64,000 bases of DNA. Source: Octopus sinensis (lineage: Eukaryota). The notes beneath the pieces are model-generated. The model searched no databases, was not told the origin of the DNA, and worked only from the letters and a program-made list of their open reading frames with translations. Each line of letters opens with the position of its first letter. Within the stretch, counting starts at the first letter, position 1. Positions 37,237 to 51,059 of this stretch are shown here, in pieces. The stretch lies in the NCBI RefSeq assembly GCF_006345805.1, contig NW_021832981.1, positions 3,712 to 67,711 on the forward strand. The letters are read 5' to 3'. The translations under genes were made by a program, and so were the position numbers.

Positions 37237-37576
37237 CTCTTTCCCCCTCTCTCTCTCCATCTCTTTTTCTGTCTATCTTGGGCCGTATCTAGAAAAGAAC
37301 CACCCAACTAATTAGCATGTTTAACAGACACACTTCGGTCTCAGACTCACAGTCTCTCTCCCCTTCTCTCACCCTCACCCTCCTTCTCTCTCCCTCTTCC
37401 TTTCTTTTTCTCTCCCTCTCTCTTTTTTCTCCCTCCCCTTAAATGTCGTGCACTGCTTTAGATGCGAAAATACCGCGTAACATTGCAGAGGGAGAGAGGG
37501 AGAAAGAGAGAGAGAAGGAGAGAGAGAGACGGAAACTGAAAGAAGCACGTTGTATAAGTATATATATATATATATA

Positions 37577-37815
37577 CAAAATTAAGAGGAATGACCACTA
37601 AAGTGGACACCCTATATGCTAAACATAGACGTCAAATCGCCATTACCACGAAGAATGTGTTCTCAAGAAAATAGAATCAGCAAAAACCCATTTTCACATT
37701 TTGGCGTTTGGCTGGGATTTTTTTCTTGAGAACACATTCTTCGTGGTAATGGCGATTTGACGTCTATGTTTAGCATATAGGGTGTCCACTTTAGTGGTCA
37801 GTCATCTTAATTTTG
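37577..37815. mobile_element. MITE with 95-bp TIRs and TA flanks (Tc1/mariner-type target site)
   Basis: 37577-37671 vs 37721-37815 differ at 2 positions; TA|CAAAATTAAG...CTTAATTTTG|TA. Confidence 0.9.
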
Positions 37816-37906
37816 TATGTAACACAATTTTTAATCTTCGGATTTTTTAAATATGCTAAGCCACTGGTTTTAGTTGATTAATATCAATTTCTAACCTTAT
37901 TATCTA

Positions 37907-37944
<38 letters not shown>

Positions 37945-38219
37945 TGGGTTTGCAAACTTCAATAAAAGCATGCATCATACCAATGCTATCCTACCCCACA
38001 CAATAGCAAAATATACATATTATTATGTTGTAATGCATTGTGTAACCACATGAGGGTTCTTCTGTACTGTGCGGGTGCATTCCATTCCATTATATCGTTC
38101 CTTCACCCACAAGGGAGAAGTTCAGATGTAAGCCGAAACGATCGTCGTGCTAAATAAAGCTTACAGTACGCTTTGTCTTCACAATGGATTATTTAATGTG
38201 TATGTGTGTGTGTGTGCAT

Positions 38220-38722
38220 GTGTGTGTATGTATATGTGTCTTTGTGTCTCTGTGTGTGCTCCACCAACGCTTGACAACAAGTGTTGGTGTTTTTACGTTC
38301 CTGTAACCTAGCTGTTCGACAAATGCACTCGATGAAATAAGTACCAAACGATGGGTCGATTCATGGCGATACCTTGGCATGGCCATAGTCTAGGGACTGA
38401 AATAAGTAGTAAAAAGATAAAAAATATATATATATATATACATATACGAATATTTTCTTATTACATAACAAAAAGGATAAAGGTCTTTCTCGTGTCATGG
38501 AGACTCTTAAGGGCTGGTTTCCCAGTTTCCACGGCGTATATATCCCCCACTTGGACGGGACACCGCACCGTCGCAGGATTACTCATGTTTGCCAGCTGAG
38601 TGAACTGGAGCAAAATGGAACGAAGTGTTTTGCTCAAAAACACAACGCGTCGCCCGATCCATGAATCGAAACTACAATCTTACAATCACGACTCAATCCC
38701 CTAACTACGAAGCCATACACCT
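38220..38722. mobile_element. SINE-C 3' part (+, to about 38410) and an older SINE (-, 38485-38722)
   Basis: CTTGACAAC..GTGTTGGTGT..GACTGAAATAAG; CCCCACTTGGACGGGACACC..CTGAGTGAACTGGAGCAA. Confidence 0.75.
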
Positions 38723-39414
38723 ACACAGTCTATTACAAGATATATACATGATACAAAGATATTACGTAAGATTCTGGCATCAAGTGCAAATTCTTCACTA
38801 ATATAGATTACTACTAGACGCAAACGATGTCCGGAAGAACAAGAAGAAAGATCAGAACAGTCTAGACAGTCTTTGACTATTGCATTTTATCACTAATGCA
38901 GGCAGTACATGTTGAACGACAGATGCAAAAATGAAGACACGAATTGAGTTTAAAAAGTGTAGATAGAATTATTTTCCAAGTCAGAATGTAAATTATTTTC
39001 TAAGACGGAATGTAGTTCGTCTAGAAACAGTAAATATAAGATGATATCAAATGCGATTACATAAATGATTAGTTTTTTTTTTTTTTCTGAAGAGAAAATC
39101 TGGTTTTAACACATTTTTCGTACAAAAAAGTAGATATGCAAATACATTTATACTGTACACTTCAAAATTCTTACATTTTAAGTTCACGAGAAGTGTAGCC
39201 ATTCTTGAATTATTCATCTCTTTATCACATCAGGTTTCGAACATTAAGTATTTGTAATCCTAAAGCAAGGGAATGGCAACACAATGCTTGGTGAGAATAA
39301 TCTTGAAATTGATGCGTGACTCATTATTGCGGTTATGTCATATGTGTATACATGGTCGTACTTTATGGCACCTCATCAGTTTCAGGCCGTAGAAGGGAGA
39401 GTGAATTTGGGGAG

Positions 39415-39836
39415 TTTTTTTTTACTTGTTTCAGTCATTTGACTGCGGCCATGCTGGAGCACCGCCTTTTAGTCGAGCAAATTGACCCCGGGACTTATTC
39501 TTTGTAAGCCTAGTACTTATTCTATCGGTCTCTTTTGCCGAACCGCTAAGTGACGGGGACGTAAACACACCACCATCGGTTGTCAAGCAATTCTAAGGGG
39601 ACAAACACACACACACAAACACACACACATAAACACATACACATGCACACACATATATATATATACATATATACGACAGGCTTCTTTCAGTTTCCGTCTA
39701 CCAAATTCACTCACAAGGCATTGGTCGGTCCGGGGCTATAGCAGAAGACACTTGCCCAAGATGTCACGCGATGGGACTGAACCAGGAACCATGTGGTTGG
39801 TTAGCAAGCTACTTACCACACAGCCACTCCTGCGCC
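39415..39836 (-). mobile_element. SINE-C, full length
   Basis: Same structure as 34588-35004. Confidence 0.93.
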
Positions 39837-40214
39837 TATTTACTAGCAAATTCTTAGCCTTTCGTGCCAGAGCTACGGTGAAGACGTCGGCAGCGGGTCG
39901 TTGGATAAATCACAAAGCGGAGGAGTCCTAGGCCAACGGCTTGAGGTTTACTGCGACCAAGCGGAAGATCTGTGTCATCAGACAAAGGTTGGGCGTCAAC
40001 TAATGAGGGAGCTGCTACCTTGAGGTAGCCTGATGGTAGGCCACGCTCGTTCCACTCTTGTACAGCTCTTGATACTTGGAGTGGAGATTCAGAGAGACAG
40101 TCTGGTTGGTAAGGGCGGGTGACGCTAAATGCCTTACTCACCGTCCAAAGGCGTTTTGTTCTGAAAAGAGGTCTTAACACCGACGTACGACGTACAGCTG
40201 ACGACTACGGACAT

Positions 40215-40611
40215 ACTCTTCACTCTTATCTTTTTACTTGTTTCAGTCATTTGACAGCGGCCATGCTGGAGCACCGCTTTTAGTTGAACAAATCGGCCCC
40301 ATAATTTACACTTTGCAAACGTAGTACTTATTCTAGAGGTCTCTTTCCCGAACCGCTAAGACCAACATCTATTGTCAAGCGATGGTGGAGGGATAAACAC
40401 AGACACATAAACATGCACACACACGAACATACACACACACACACACACACACGACGGGCTTCTTTCAGTTTCTGTCTACCAAATCCACTCGCGAGGCTTT
40501 TGTCGGCCCAAGGCTATAGCAGAAGACACTTGCCCAAGGTGCCATGCAGTGAGACTGAACCCAGAACCATGTGGCTGGTAAGCAGACTACTTACCACGCA
40601 CCCACTCCTGT
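40215..40611 (-). mobile_element. SINE-C, full length, more diverged
   Basis: Same structure as 34588-35004. Confidence 0.9.
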
Positions 40612-40754
40612 GTGTATATACATATACACACGCACACACACATATAACACATACACAGCCATACACGCATACAGGATGTGACGGCGAGTACAGATACATA
40701 GAAACACACATATGTTTTATTATGTGCAGTGAGAGATAGCATAAAACGACTAGA

Positions 40755-40814
40755 ATGGATGGATAGATAAATAGATAGATATAGATAGATATAGATAGAT
40801 AGATTGATATAGAC

Positions 40815-40892
<78 letters not shown>
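40755..40892. repeat. (AGAT)n
   Basis: Direct sequence. Confidence 0.96.
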
Positions 40893-41699
40893 GGAAAGAG
40901 AGAGAGAGAGAAGTGGAAAGGGAATAAAAGATAAGGACAGAAAGGAAGAGTGAGATAGTAGTAGAGAGAGAGAGGAAAGAGAGAGACAGAGAGAGAAAGG
41001 GAGAAAGTAAAGAACAGTAAAGGAATTCAACAATCATATCCTATAATAATCGTTAAGATTTCTACAAAAATAATATCGGAGAAATAACTAGAAAATTATT
41101 GTTTCAAAGAAAAATGAATAGAAAATTGAAAATATGCTTGTGTGTTTTTGTCATATTGTATTTTTTTTTTTTGCCTCTTTCGTTAAAGAATCTCATTCTA
41201 AGTTAGATAAAATGATTAAATCAATAGAAATATCTTACGGAAAAAAACTCCAGAGAGGAACGGCAGACAAAACATGAAGATAAAATTTGTAGAAAAGGAA
41301 AAAAGATTTTTATTAAAAACGAAGATAAACGCGGTCAATCATTTTATGCTGTTGTTTTGAATAAAGTTTTTTTCTTAGGTTAAAATTGATTAATTCTTAA
41401 GAATTTACAGTACAATAAATAATACGACGGAGTTTATTAGAATGTACTTTAATGTTATTGAACTTTTATTTCAAGGAAACCAATATATATATTATATATA
41501 TATAAGAAGAAAATAAATATATTCTGATACATTCTTGAAAAAGAAATTTTATTTTTAAATAAATGTTACATTTATAAATGATTCATTTGTCAGAATTGAT
41601 AAATATATAAACGAAAACGAGGCAATGTCTTAACGTGGCTATGAGAATTTGTTGAACGAGTCTATAAAGACAGGGTCTAAAAGCATCTATGCACGATTT

Positions 41700-41900
41700 T
41701 GGCTACACACACACACACACACACACTCACAAACACATATATGTATATGTATACATATATGTATTTATATATATGTATATATACATACATATATGTATAA
41801 ATATGTATATATATGTATGTATATATATATATATGTATGTATAAATATATATATACATATATATAAATATATATTTCTATGTATGTAATACATATATGCA

Positions 41901-41939
<39 letters not shown>

Positions 41940-42121
41940 ATATATGTGTGTGTGTAAGTGTGTGTGTGTGTATACATACATACATATATATATAGATATA
42001 GATATAGATATAGATATATATAGATATATATTCATATATATATATATACATACATATATATATGTATATATATGTGCATAGATATATGTGTGTGTATGTA
42101 TATGTGTGTATATATATATAC

Positions 42122-42160
<39 letters not shown>

Positions 42161-42260
42161 CATAGATACATACATACATATATATATACATATATATACA
42201 TATATATGAAATAAATATATATGTGTGTGTGGTGTGTGTGTGTATGCCGGTATGTATGAA
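41700..42260. repeat. CA/TA/ATCT mixed microsatellite tract
   Basis: Direct sequence. Confidence 0.93.
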
Positions 42261-42632
42261 TACATGTATTACGTTTACATTCCAGTAAAGTATTTGTTTA
42301 AGGACTGGCTCTGTTGATATAGATGATACTGTGTTTGCCTTCGGCTCTCGGCGTCTCAAAGATAAATATTTATTTATTGTACACATTCAGACCAACTACT
42401 ATGTTGGATATTGTCCATTGATTAAACTTTTCATGTCAAGAGATCACTGGATGATGACACAAATTGATTTCATGGACTGAACTGGATTGGCATAATGGCT
42501 GCAGTGACAATCATGCCTTTCCGAAAAGCATTAAGTAGCTGAGTAAATGAAATAGCAGCTATTTAAACTATTAATGATAATAATAATAAGAAGATTGAAA
42601 ATAAGAAGAAGAAGAGCAACAACATCAACAAA

Positions 42633-43295
42633 GGATCTTTTCGGTTTGAACGGCAGTTTTTTCTAGCGGTGTCATATGAAATTGTCACCCATAATTATGA
42701 CCCTAGTATCGATCGATTGCATTTCAATCTCTTTTAAGGTTAGGGTTGGGGTTAGGGGTGGGGAGAAGGGTATCTTTTTTCTTCACAAATGTAAATAAAC
42801 CCAATCTGTTCCTTAAACGAGGGACATATTCATACGGCACAGAATGCTTTTTACCTCAATAGACGTCACGGATTGGTTGAAATTGCAGAAATTAAAGAAA
42901 AAACACAGCAAATATCTTACAAATTATAGAATTTTCTCAATAAAGCCAAGAGAAAAAGATGTTTTATAAACACATTCTACCAGTATACGAAATTTAAAAT
43001 ATTTTAGTTACCTAGAAATTATGTTAAAAACTGCCGTTCAAACCGAAAAGATCCCAGAATGCTTTTTAACTCAATAGACGTCACTGATTAGTTGAAATTG
43101 CAGAAATTGAAGAAAAAAAATAACAAATATCTTACAAACTATAAAATTTTCTCAATATAGCCAAGAGAAAAAGATTCTACCAGTATACGAGAAAAAGATT
43201 CTACCAGTTAACACATTCTACCAGTATACGAAGTTTAACATCTTTTAGTTACCTAGAAATTATGTTAAAAACTGCCGTTCAAACCGAAAATATCC
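42633..43295. mobile_element. Merlin-like non-autonomous DNA transposon with a duplicated right end
   Basis: 29-bp TIR GGATCTTTTCGGTTTGAACGGCAGTTTTT; right TIRs end at 43054 and 43295; flanks TCAACAAA / TCAACGAA (7/8). Confidence 0.7.
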
Positions 43296-44019
43296 TCAAC
43301 GAAAACTAGAGCAAAGAGAAGAACTAAAAGCCAGTCGTAACTAATTACAGGAGTTAGATAAGTCTAGTCATCAAGCATGTCAGGTACAGGTGAGTAGTGG
43401 TAGCGAAAGCGGCTTTTGCTACACATTAAAACATCTGAAGGAACAGGTAGTGTTTTCATTACGAACAATAAATTAGTAAGCCTGTGGCTTTTAACTTAGT
43501 TTTATGGCTGCCGTTGCGTTGAAGTCGTTGTTAGTTCGTATTTAAAGCTGTTAGCGCCTCTATGTGCGGTGTTCACACACAGTGAGTGATGTTAATATTA
43601 TTATTGTTATTATTATTAGTGGCGACGGTGGAGATGGAGGTGGTGGTGGTTTCTGTTCGGCTGCATGTTAGCAGTGTTTGTTAATGCCGAGTGTTTGGCA
43701 GGGATGGCGGGGCAGCACAGCGCTGCATTTAATATGGTAAATGTACATCAACAATAAAGATCTACCTGCTGTGTGTCACTACATTCTCTGTCCCTCTTTC
43801 TCCCCTTCTCTCGTTCTCTTACTCTGTCTTTCTTCACCGCTCTCTTCCTCTCTCTCTCTCTCTCTCTCTCTGCCTCTCTCTGTCTCTATGTCTCTGTCTC
43901 TCTGTGTCTATCATTCTCTGCCTCTAAATTTAGATTCGTACCTGTTACATAGGAACGTATACTGACAGATACTGACTCTCCCAAACACACATTTACACAC
44001 ATACACACAGGCGCACGAG

Positions 44020-44826
44020 CACACACACACACAAATACTCACATGCATGCACACGCACACGCACGCACAAACACGCACACACACGTGCATGCACACGCGC
44101 ACACACACGCGCACACATACACATACGCGCACAGACATACACACACACTCACGAGTTCACACGCACATATATATCTATATCCAAATACATACATATAAAT
44201 GTATGTGTCTGTGTATATACACAAATATATACATACAAATATACATATACACACATATATTGACTTGTGTGTACAGGTATATCGATATATATACAGGTGA
44301 ATGTATATATATATATATACACACGTATATAAGTATATATCTAAATAAATATATACAAGAATATTATGAGTATATTGATGTGAATTTGCATGTTTGCAAA
44401 TATATGTATATATGTGTATATATGTATATTTATATATATATACACATAAGCTCGAGTGTACACTCAGGCACACATTCACATTAACACATAGACACCGCCA
44501 CACAACACCCACATACACACATATGCACACGCACACGCATGCATTCATAATATATAGATACACAATTATACATATCCATGTGTCATAATGTTATATACAT
44601 ACATACATTATATAATAATATATATTATATATATATATATATACCAAAAATAATAAAAAAACATAGCATATATACATACATACATGTACGTGCCTACATC
44701 TATATATGTATATACATGCATATTTATAAATATATATATATATTATATATATATATATAATAATATATATATATATATATACATACATATATATATTATA
44801 TATATTATATATATATATATACATAC

Positions 44827-44858
<32 letters not shown>

Positions 44859-44890
44859 ATATATGTACATACATACATATACATATATAT
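44020..44890. repeat. (CA)n/(TA)n low-complexity tract
   Basis: Direct sequence. Confidence 0.93.
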
Positions 44891-45181
44891 AGAACATATA
44901 GCTTGTGGCCAATTTTCAATGGTAAACCGGGGTAACAAATGAGAAGCTATCACCTGTTAACGATGTTTTAAATCCCAGTAGCGGCATATATAACAGAGAG
45001 ACATGCGACCGTTATTACTGCTTCTAGAGACATATAAATGGTGGTGGTTGTTATATTCAGGTTTGCATTTAAAAGAATTATTTCCTCTGAAAATACGAAA
45101 GTTGAACCGATGAATTAATTAGCCATTACTCTTTATATTTCTGATTCCCTCTTCTCTCTTTCTTCTTTCTTTCTTTCTCTC

Positions 45182-45447
45182 TCTGTATCACCCTGCACAG
45201 ATGTTTCATAATACACACTCACACACACACACAATTATATAATATTATAATATAAATAATATAATATAATATAATATAATATAATATAATATAAATATAT
45301 AGATTATATATATATATATATATATATATACTACATATATATTATATTATATTATATTATATTATATTATATTATAATATGTGTATATATAGTGTGTGTG
45401 TGTGTGCGTGTATGTATTATGAAACACATCTGTGAAGAGTGATACAG

Positions 45448-45448
<1 letters not shown>
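45182..45448. repeat. About 270-bp quasi-palindrome centred on (TA)n
   Basis: TCTGTATCAC..CACAGATG..TTTCATAATAC at left; its reverse complement at 45392-45448. Confidence 0.82.
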
Positions 45449-45479
<31 letters not shown>

Positions 45480-45481
45480 GA

Positions 45482-45512
<31 letters not shown>

Positions 45513-45649
45513 TTGTGTATGTGTGTATTTTTTCTTTTACTTGTTTCAGGCATTTAACTGCAGCCATGCTGGAGCACAGCCTTTAGTCGCACAAATCGAA
45601 TTCAGGACTTATTCTTTGTAAGCCTAGTACTTATTCTATCGGTCAACTC

Positions 45650-46170
45650 CAACAGTAAATTTTGCAAATTTCCGAAACTTTCTTTAATGGTCACATATTT
45701 CAAAAGTAGATTAGGAAGATCTCCAATGCTACTATCCAACAATAATGCCAATATGGAAACAAGAAAACCTTTATAAAACTCTCACCACATAGAATAGTAA
45801 ATATGTTTTAAAAAGCAATTATACTGTGCCGTTGTATCATCTGGAAAGGATTGAACTTGCTATATTGGTGTAACAGAAAACATTCAAAATCTGCCTTGCT
45901 CATTCTATCACCACATCTGAACAAAATACAATGCTGTCCAAACACAAGAAGGAAAAGGACGTTGGAATAACGAGAGTCATCATATTGACAGCCGTAGACA
46001 CGGAACACTAACACACAAGAACTCCTTCAAGATCTACTACCTTTCTCTCAGATGGAAAATCGAAATCAGTCGTCATCCGTCCGGATTCTTAAAAAGAATG
46101 AGAGCTCATCGCAACTTGTCACCATATAACAAAGTTTCTGTTAAGTAACCTGAAAGCTGCTTAAAAGCTT
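45650..46170 (+). mobile_element. Decayed Penelope-like element, GIY-YIG endonuclease region
   Basis: LYCAVVSSGKD*TCYIGVTEN, TMLSKH and LKKNE/LIATCHHITKFLL fragments with stops and frameshifts. Confidence 0.55.
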
Positions 46171-46611
46171 AAGATAAAGAGGGAAAAGAAAATTAACACG
46201 TCCATTCAATTTTACACATCAAACGGCGAAATACGACTTAAAATCTGAAACCAGGCGATCTTCTGTCTTATTTCTTAAAGACTGGATCACATCATCAATA
46301 GTTACGAACATGTGATTAATTCTGAAGTAGAAACCTAGCACTACTCGTCAGTAAAGAGAACCAACAGGTGTCCAATCAGTTAATGAACTGTACAGCTAAT
46401 CAATAGACAAATAACACTTGTTAATATTCACGCCATCATTTTGTCTCTTCGAGTATAGCACCGGACAGGGCCGACTAACATGAGCTGGGCGGAATCTTTC
46501 GGTATGGGGAAATATTCGGTTTGCCATATACATACATGCATGCATACATACATACATACATACATACATACATACATACATACATACATACACGTGCATG
46601 TATATATGTAT

Positions 46612-46643
<32 letters not shown>

Positions 46644-46800
46644 GTGTGGTGTGTGTGTGTGTGTGTGTGTATGTATATATATATATAAATTTACATATAA
46701 ACATATACATAAAATTAAGTGCGTATATACATACATATGCTGTATATACATACATAAGTGCATATGCATATACACATGCCTATATATATTACTCTCTCTT

Positions 46801-46896
<96 letters not shown>

Positions 46897-47222
46897 GTGC
46901 AACATATGTTAAAAGTGCTACTAAAATATATCTGTTTCTGTGTTTGAGTGTGAGTGCGTATGTGTGTATGCGTACGTGTGTATGTGTGTTAATATTTTAA
47001 TAATTGATATCTTTCCAGGCGTGTGTAATTAAAAAGACAATTGAATTTACATTTACAAATTTAACTAATTAGACTTTTTCACCCATATTCCGTTTGTCTT
47101 ACATCTTAGGCTTCGCAATAAATTTCACTTCCTGTTTAACATTATTAGAACTGAAGCACTACATTATCCAGTTTCTCCTTATACAAACTTGCTAACGTGT
47201 ATTAACCAATTATACTTCATTA

Positions 47223-47605
47223 GTGGAGGCGCAATGGCCCAGTGGTTAGGGCAGCGGATTCGCGGTCGTAGGATCGCGGTTTCGATTCCCAGACCGGGCG
47301 TTGTGAGTGTTTATTGAGCGAAAATACCTAAAAGCTCCACGAGGCTCCGGCAGGGGATGGTTGTGATCCCTGCTGTACTCTTTCACCACAACTTTCTCTC
47401 ACTCTTACTTCCTGTTTCTGTTGTACCTGTATTTCAAGGGGTCGGCTTGTCACTCTCTGTGTCACGCTGAATATCCCCGAGAACTACGTTAAGGGTGCAC
47501 GTGTGTGGAGTGCTCAGCCACTTACACGTTAATTTCACGAGCAGGCTGTTCCGTTGATTCGGATCAACCGGAACCCTCATCGTCGTAACCGACGGAAGTG
47601 CTTCC
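47223..47605 (+). mobile_element. SINE-A, full length, 14-bp TSD
   Basis: ATTATACTTCATTA at 47209-47222 and 47606-47619. Confidence 0.94.
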
Positions 47606-48074
47606 ATTATACTTCATTAACTGCCTTCGGTTTATAAACCAGCAACTGTGTATTGATTGGCTGCACGTATAATCCTTTATTCTTTTATTATCATTTCATT
47701 TGTTTCAGTCATTCGACTGAGGCCATACTGGAGCACCATCCTAGAATGGTTTACTCAAAGAAATCGACACCAATCGGAGTGGTGCAGTGGCTGTGTGGTA
47801 AGTAGCTTGTTTACCAGCCACATGGTTCCGGGTTCAGACCCACTACGTGGCACCTTCGGCAAGTGTCTTCTACAATAGCCTCGGGCCGACCAAAGCCTTG
47901 TGAGTGGATTTGATAGACACACAGTCTGTTTACTAAATTCATTCACATGGTGGCAATCGCCCCGGGATTATAGCTGTGCAGCGAAACTGAACTCAAAACC
48001 ACGTCTTTGAGAAGAGTACTACTTAACGATGCAATTATACCTTCACCCATATATACCTATAGCATATACCTATA

Positions 48075-48290
48075 AGGCGGAGAATTGGCAGAAACGTTAG
48101 CATGCCGGGCGAAATGCTTAGCCGGTACGTTCTGATTTCAAATTCCGCCGAGGTCGACTTTGCCTTTCATCCTTTCGGGGTCGATAAATTAAGCACCAGT
48201 TACGCATTGGGGTCGATGTAATCGACTTAATCCGTTCGTCTGTCCTTGTTTGTCCCTTCTATGTTTAGCCCCTTGTGGGTAGTAAAGAAA
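48075..48290 (+). mobile_element. SINE-B monomer (tail-1)
   Basis: Head, core and tail-1; ATATATACCTATAGCATA present on both sides. Confidence 0.9.
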
Positions 48291-48365
48291 TATATATACC
48301 TATAGCATACACACAAACATATGCTCAATCATAAATACACCCACGCATATATTTTCAATTCGATG

Positions 48366-48403
<38 letters not shown>

Positions 48404-48407
<4 letters not shown>

Positions 48408-49222
48408 CTTGTTTCAGTCATTTGACTGCGGCCATGCTGGAGCACCGCCTTTAATCGAGCAACTCGACCCCGGGACTTATTCTTTGTAAGCCCAGTACTT
48501 ATTCTATCGGTCTCTTTTTGCCGAACCGTTAAGTAACGGGACAAACCACACCAGCATCGGTTGTCAAGCAATGCTAGGAGGACAAACACAGACACACAAA
48601 CATACACTCACATGCATATATTATATATATACGAACAGGCTTCTTTCAGTTTCCGTCTACAAAATCCACTCAAGTCTTGGTCGGCCCAAGGCTATAGTAG
48701 AAGACACTTGCCCAAGGTGCCACGTAGTGGGACTGAACCCGGAACCATGAGGTTGGTAAGCAAGCTACTTACCACACAGCACTCCTACGCTCATATATAT
48801 ATATATCTATATATATATAATATAGTTACTTTTTTCAGTTCAGTCATTTGACTGCGCCATGCTGGAGCCAACCGCCTTAATCGAGCAACTCGACCCCGGG
48901 ACTTATTCTTTGTAAGCCCAGTACTTATTCTATCGCGGTCTCTTTTTGCCGACCGTTAAGTAACGGGACATAACCACAACCACCATGCATCGGTTGTCAA
49001 GCAATGCTAGGAGGACAAACACAGACACACAAACATACACTCACATGCATATATATATATATATACGACAGGCTTCTTTCAGTTTTCCGCTACCAAATCC
49101 ACTCACAAGTCTTTGGTCGGCCCAAGCTATAGTAGAAGACCTTGCCCAAGGTGCCACGTAGTGGACTGAACCCGGAACTGAGGTGGTAAGCAAGCTACTT
49201 ACCACAAACAGCCACTCCTACC
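48404..49222 (-). mobile_element. Two tandem SINE-C copies differing almost only by small indels
   Basis: 48404-48790 and 48825-49222 share diagnostic substitutions. Confidence 0.88.
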
Positions 49223-51059
49223 TCACCCATATATATATTATATATATTATATACATACGTAGATTTATGTATGTATATATAGACGTATACATTCATACAG
49301 ATGCGCCTATACACCCCAACCATCTTTTGCGAACCAGCTTTCCAAGCACACCTTGTAAAGTGTCAAGTTGTGTCTCAAAGTTGATCTCGTGTCTCCTATT
49401 CAGTGACGTAACATGAGAAAGATTTCAGGGCCTTTCTGAATAATGGTGATAGAAATAGATCAGGAATACGGCGAGAGAGATGATGAATAGAATATACAAG
49501 TATTGATTGAGTTCCGTATGTTGAAGAAAATAGATCTCAGGGCACGAGGACGTGCAGAGCTTGTCAAATATGACAAGTTGTATTCAATAGATTTTTATAT
49601 CAACGTCTCGGAATTCCAAAAATTTTAAATTTGAGAGCTATAAGAAAAGTTTTCGAAAAATAAATAAAAATATAGATTGTAGTAACTAAACGAAACTGGT
49701 AAAATCAACATCGTTATTAATAATACAAATGATAAGAAACAAAAGCAGAAACGAAGACACTAGCATAAAATAAAAGAAATATGATACTAAAAGATAGTAA
49801 AAGGAATTTCTTAAGTAATTAAAGTACGGGGAAAGTAAATATATAGAACTATTTTTGGTTTGAGTATTTGTATTTAGAAATGAAAGAATTGATTATCGAA
49901 CTATTTACAACCCTGTCTATTTTTAAAGTATGTGATATTTTCAGCAAGCAATTATTAACAAGGACTTTCTTGGTTTGTGTCCACTGTCTAGAGTTTTGTT
50001 TAAAACGATGATAGATTAATATCTGTAGCTTCCTTGCATGTCGACAGAGTACGAGGCTGCTAAATGAAAGTTCGACAGCTCGGATTGTATCTTCAGCCGC
50101 TTTGCTCGAAATGCTTAACTGACCAACAGAGCTGTTGTTATGTTGTTGATGGTGAAATTATTCAGCGGACCTACGACCGAATGCGTCCTCAAGGTCACAA
50201 ATTATTCAGAGGACCTACGACCAAACGCGTTCCATGCATGATCATCACTCTGATTTAACACATTGACATATCGATAAATACCTTATTGATCATGTCCTCC
50301 ACTTCAGACAAATTTGGCTGTTATTTCTAGCTCATCAACCTGTCACAAAAAGGTTCCATGATGAAATTCGAGGGCGTAGACTTATAGTCAGAGGCTTTCC
50401 ATATGTGTCCGTCTTGAATTTTTTCTATATGCAAAAACCTTTTGTTGACCTTATCCAACTTGTACCTCTTCTATAACGGAAGGTAGATATGCTGCTCAAC
50501 TGGATTTGTCTCTCTGGTCATAAATATTTGTCTCATCTGTTCGTTTATGTGTAATACAAGAGTTGTTAACATTTTTGATTAACTCAGTAAAGACCTTTGA
50601 TGAACACAGAAGGCAACAGAAACAATTTGACTTCTCCAATGGCTGTGATCAATAAAGATATGTGTGTGCAAAAAAGAATCCATGGCGCAGCGGAAGAAGA
50701 ACATTATTTGATATACTACGTGACAAGCAATAGACAAACACACACATAGACACATGCACACATGCATATATGCACGCACGCTCACAGAGAGAGAAAGATG
50801 GAGAGAGAGAGGGAGAATTGTGGTAAGAGAGATATACTGAGCGAGTGCCAGAGCTTATGAGATTGAGAAAGGGAACGAGACACACTGAATGCCAGAACTT
50901 CAGGCAATGAGAGAGAAAGAAAGAGAGGAAGAGAGAGTCAGATAGAGTGAGAGAGAGAGGGGGGAGAAGAGAGTGGAAGAGAGAGTACCAGAGACAGAAG
51001 GATGTATGCAGGAAAGAAGAATAGTGGGATGGTATGAATAGAAAGAGAGTATGATGATT

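Noticed and set aside
50045-50235. Mariner-like terminus (TACGAGG...) and a 44-bp-period direct repeat at 50155-50233
   Set aside because: No matching opposite TIR or transposase motif found; too degenerate to call
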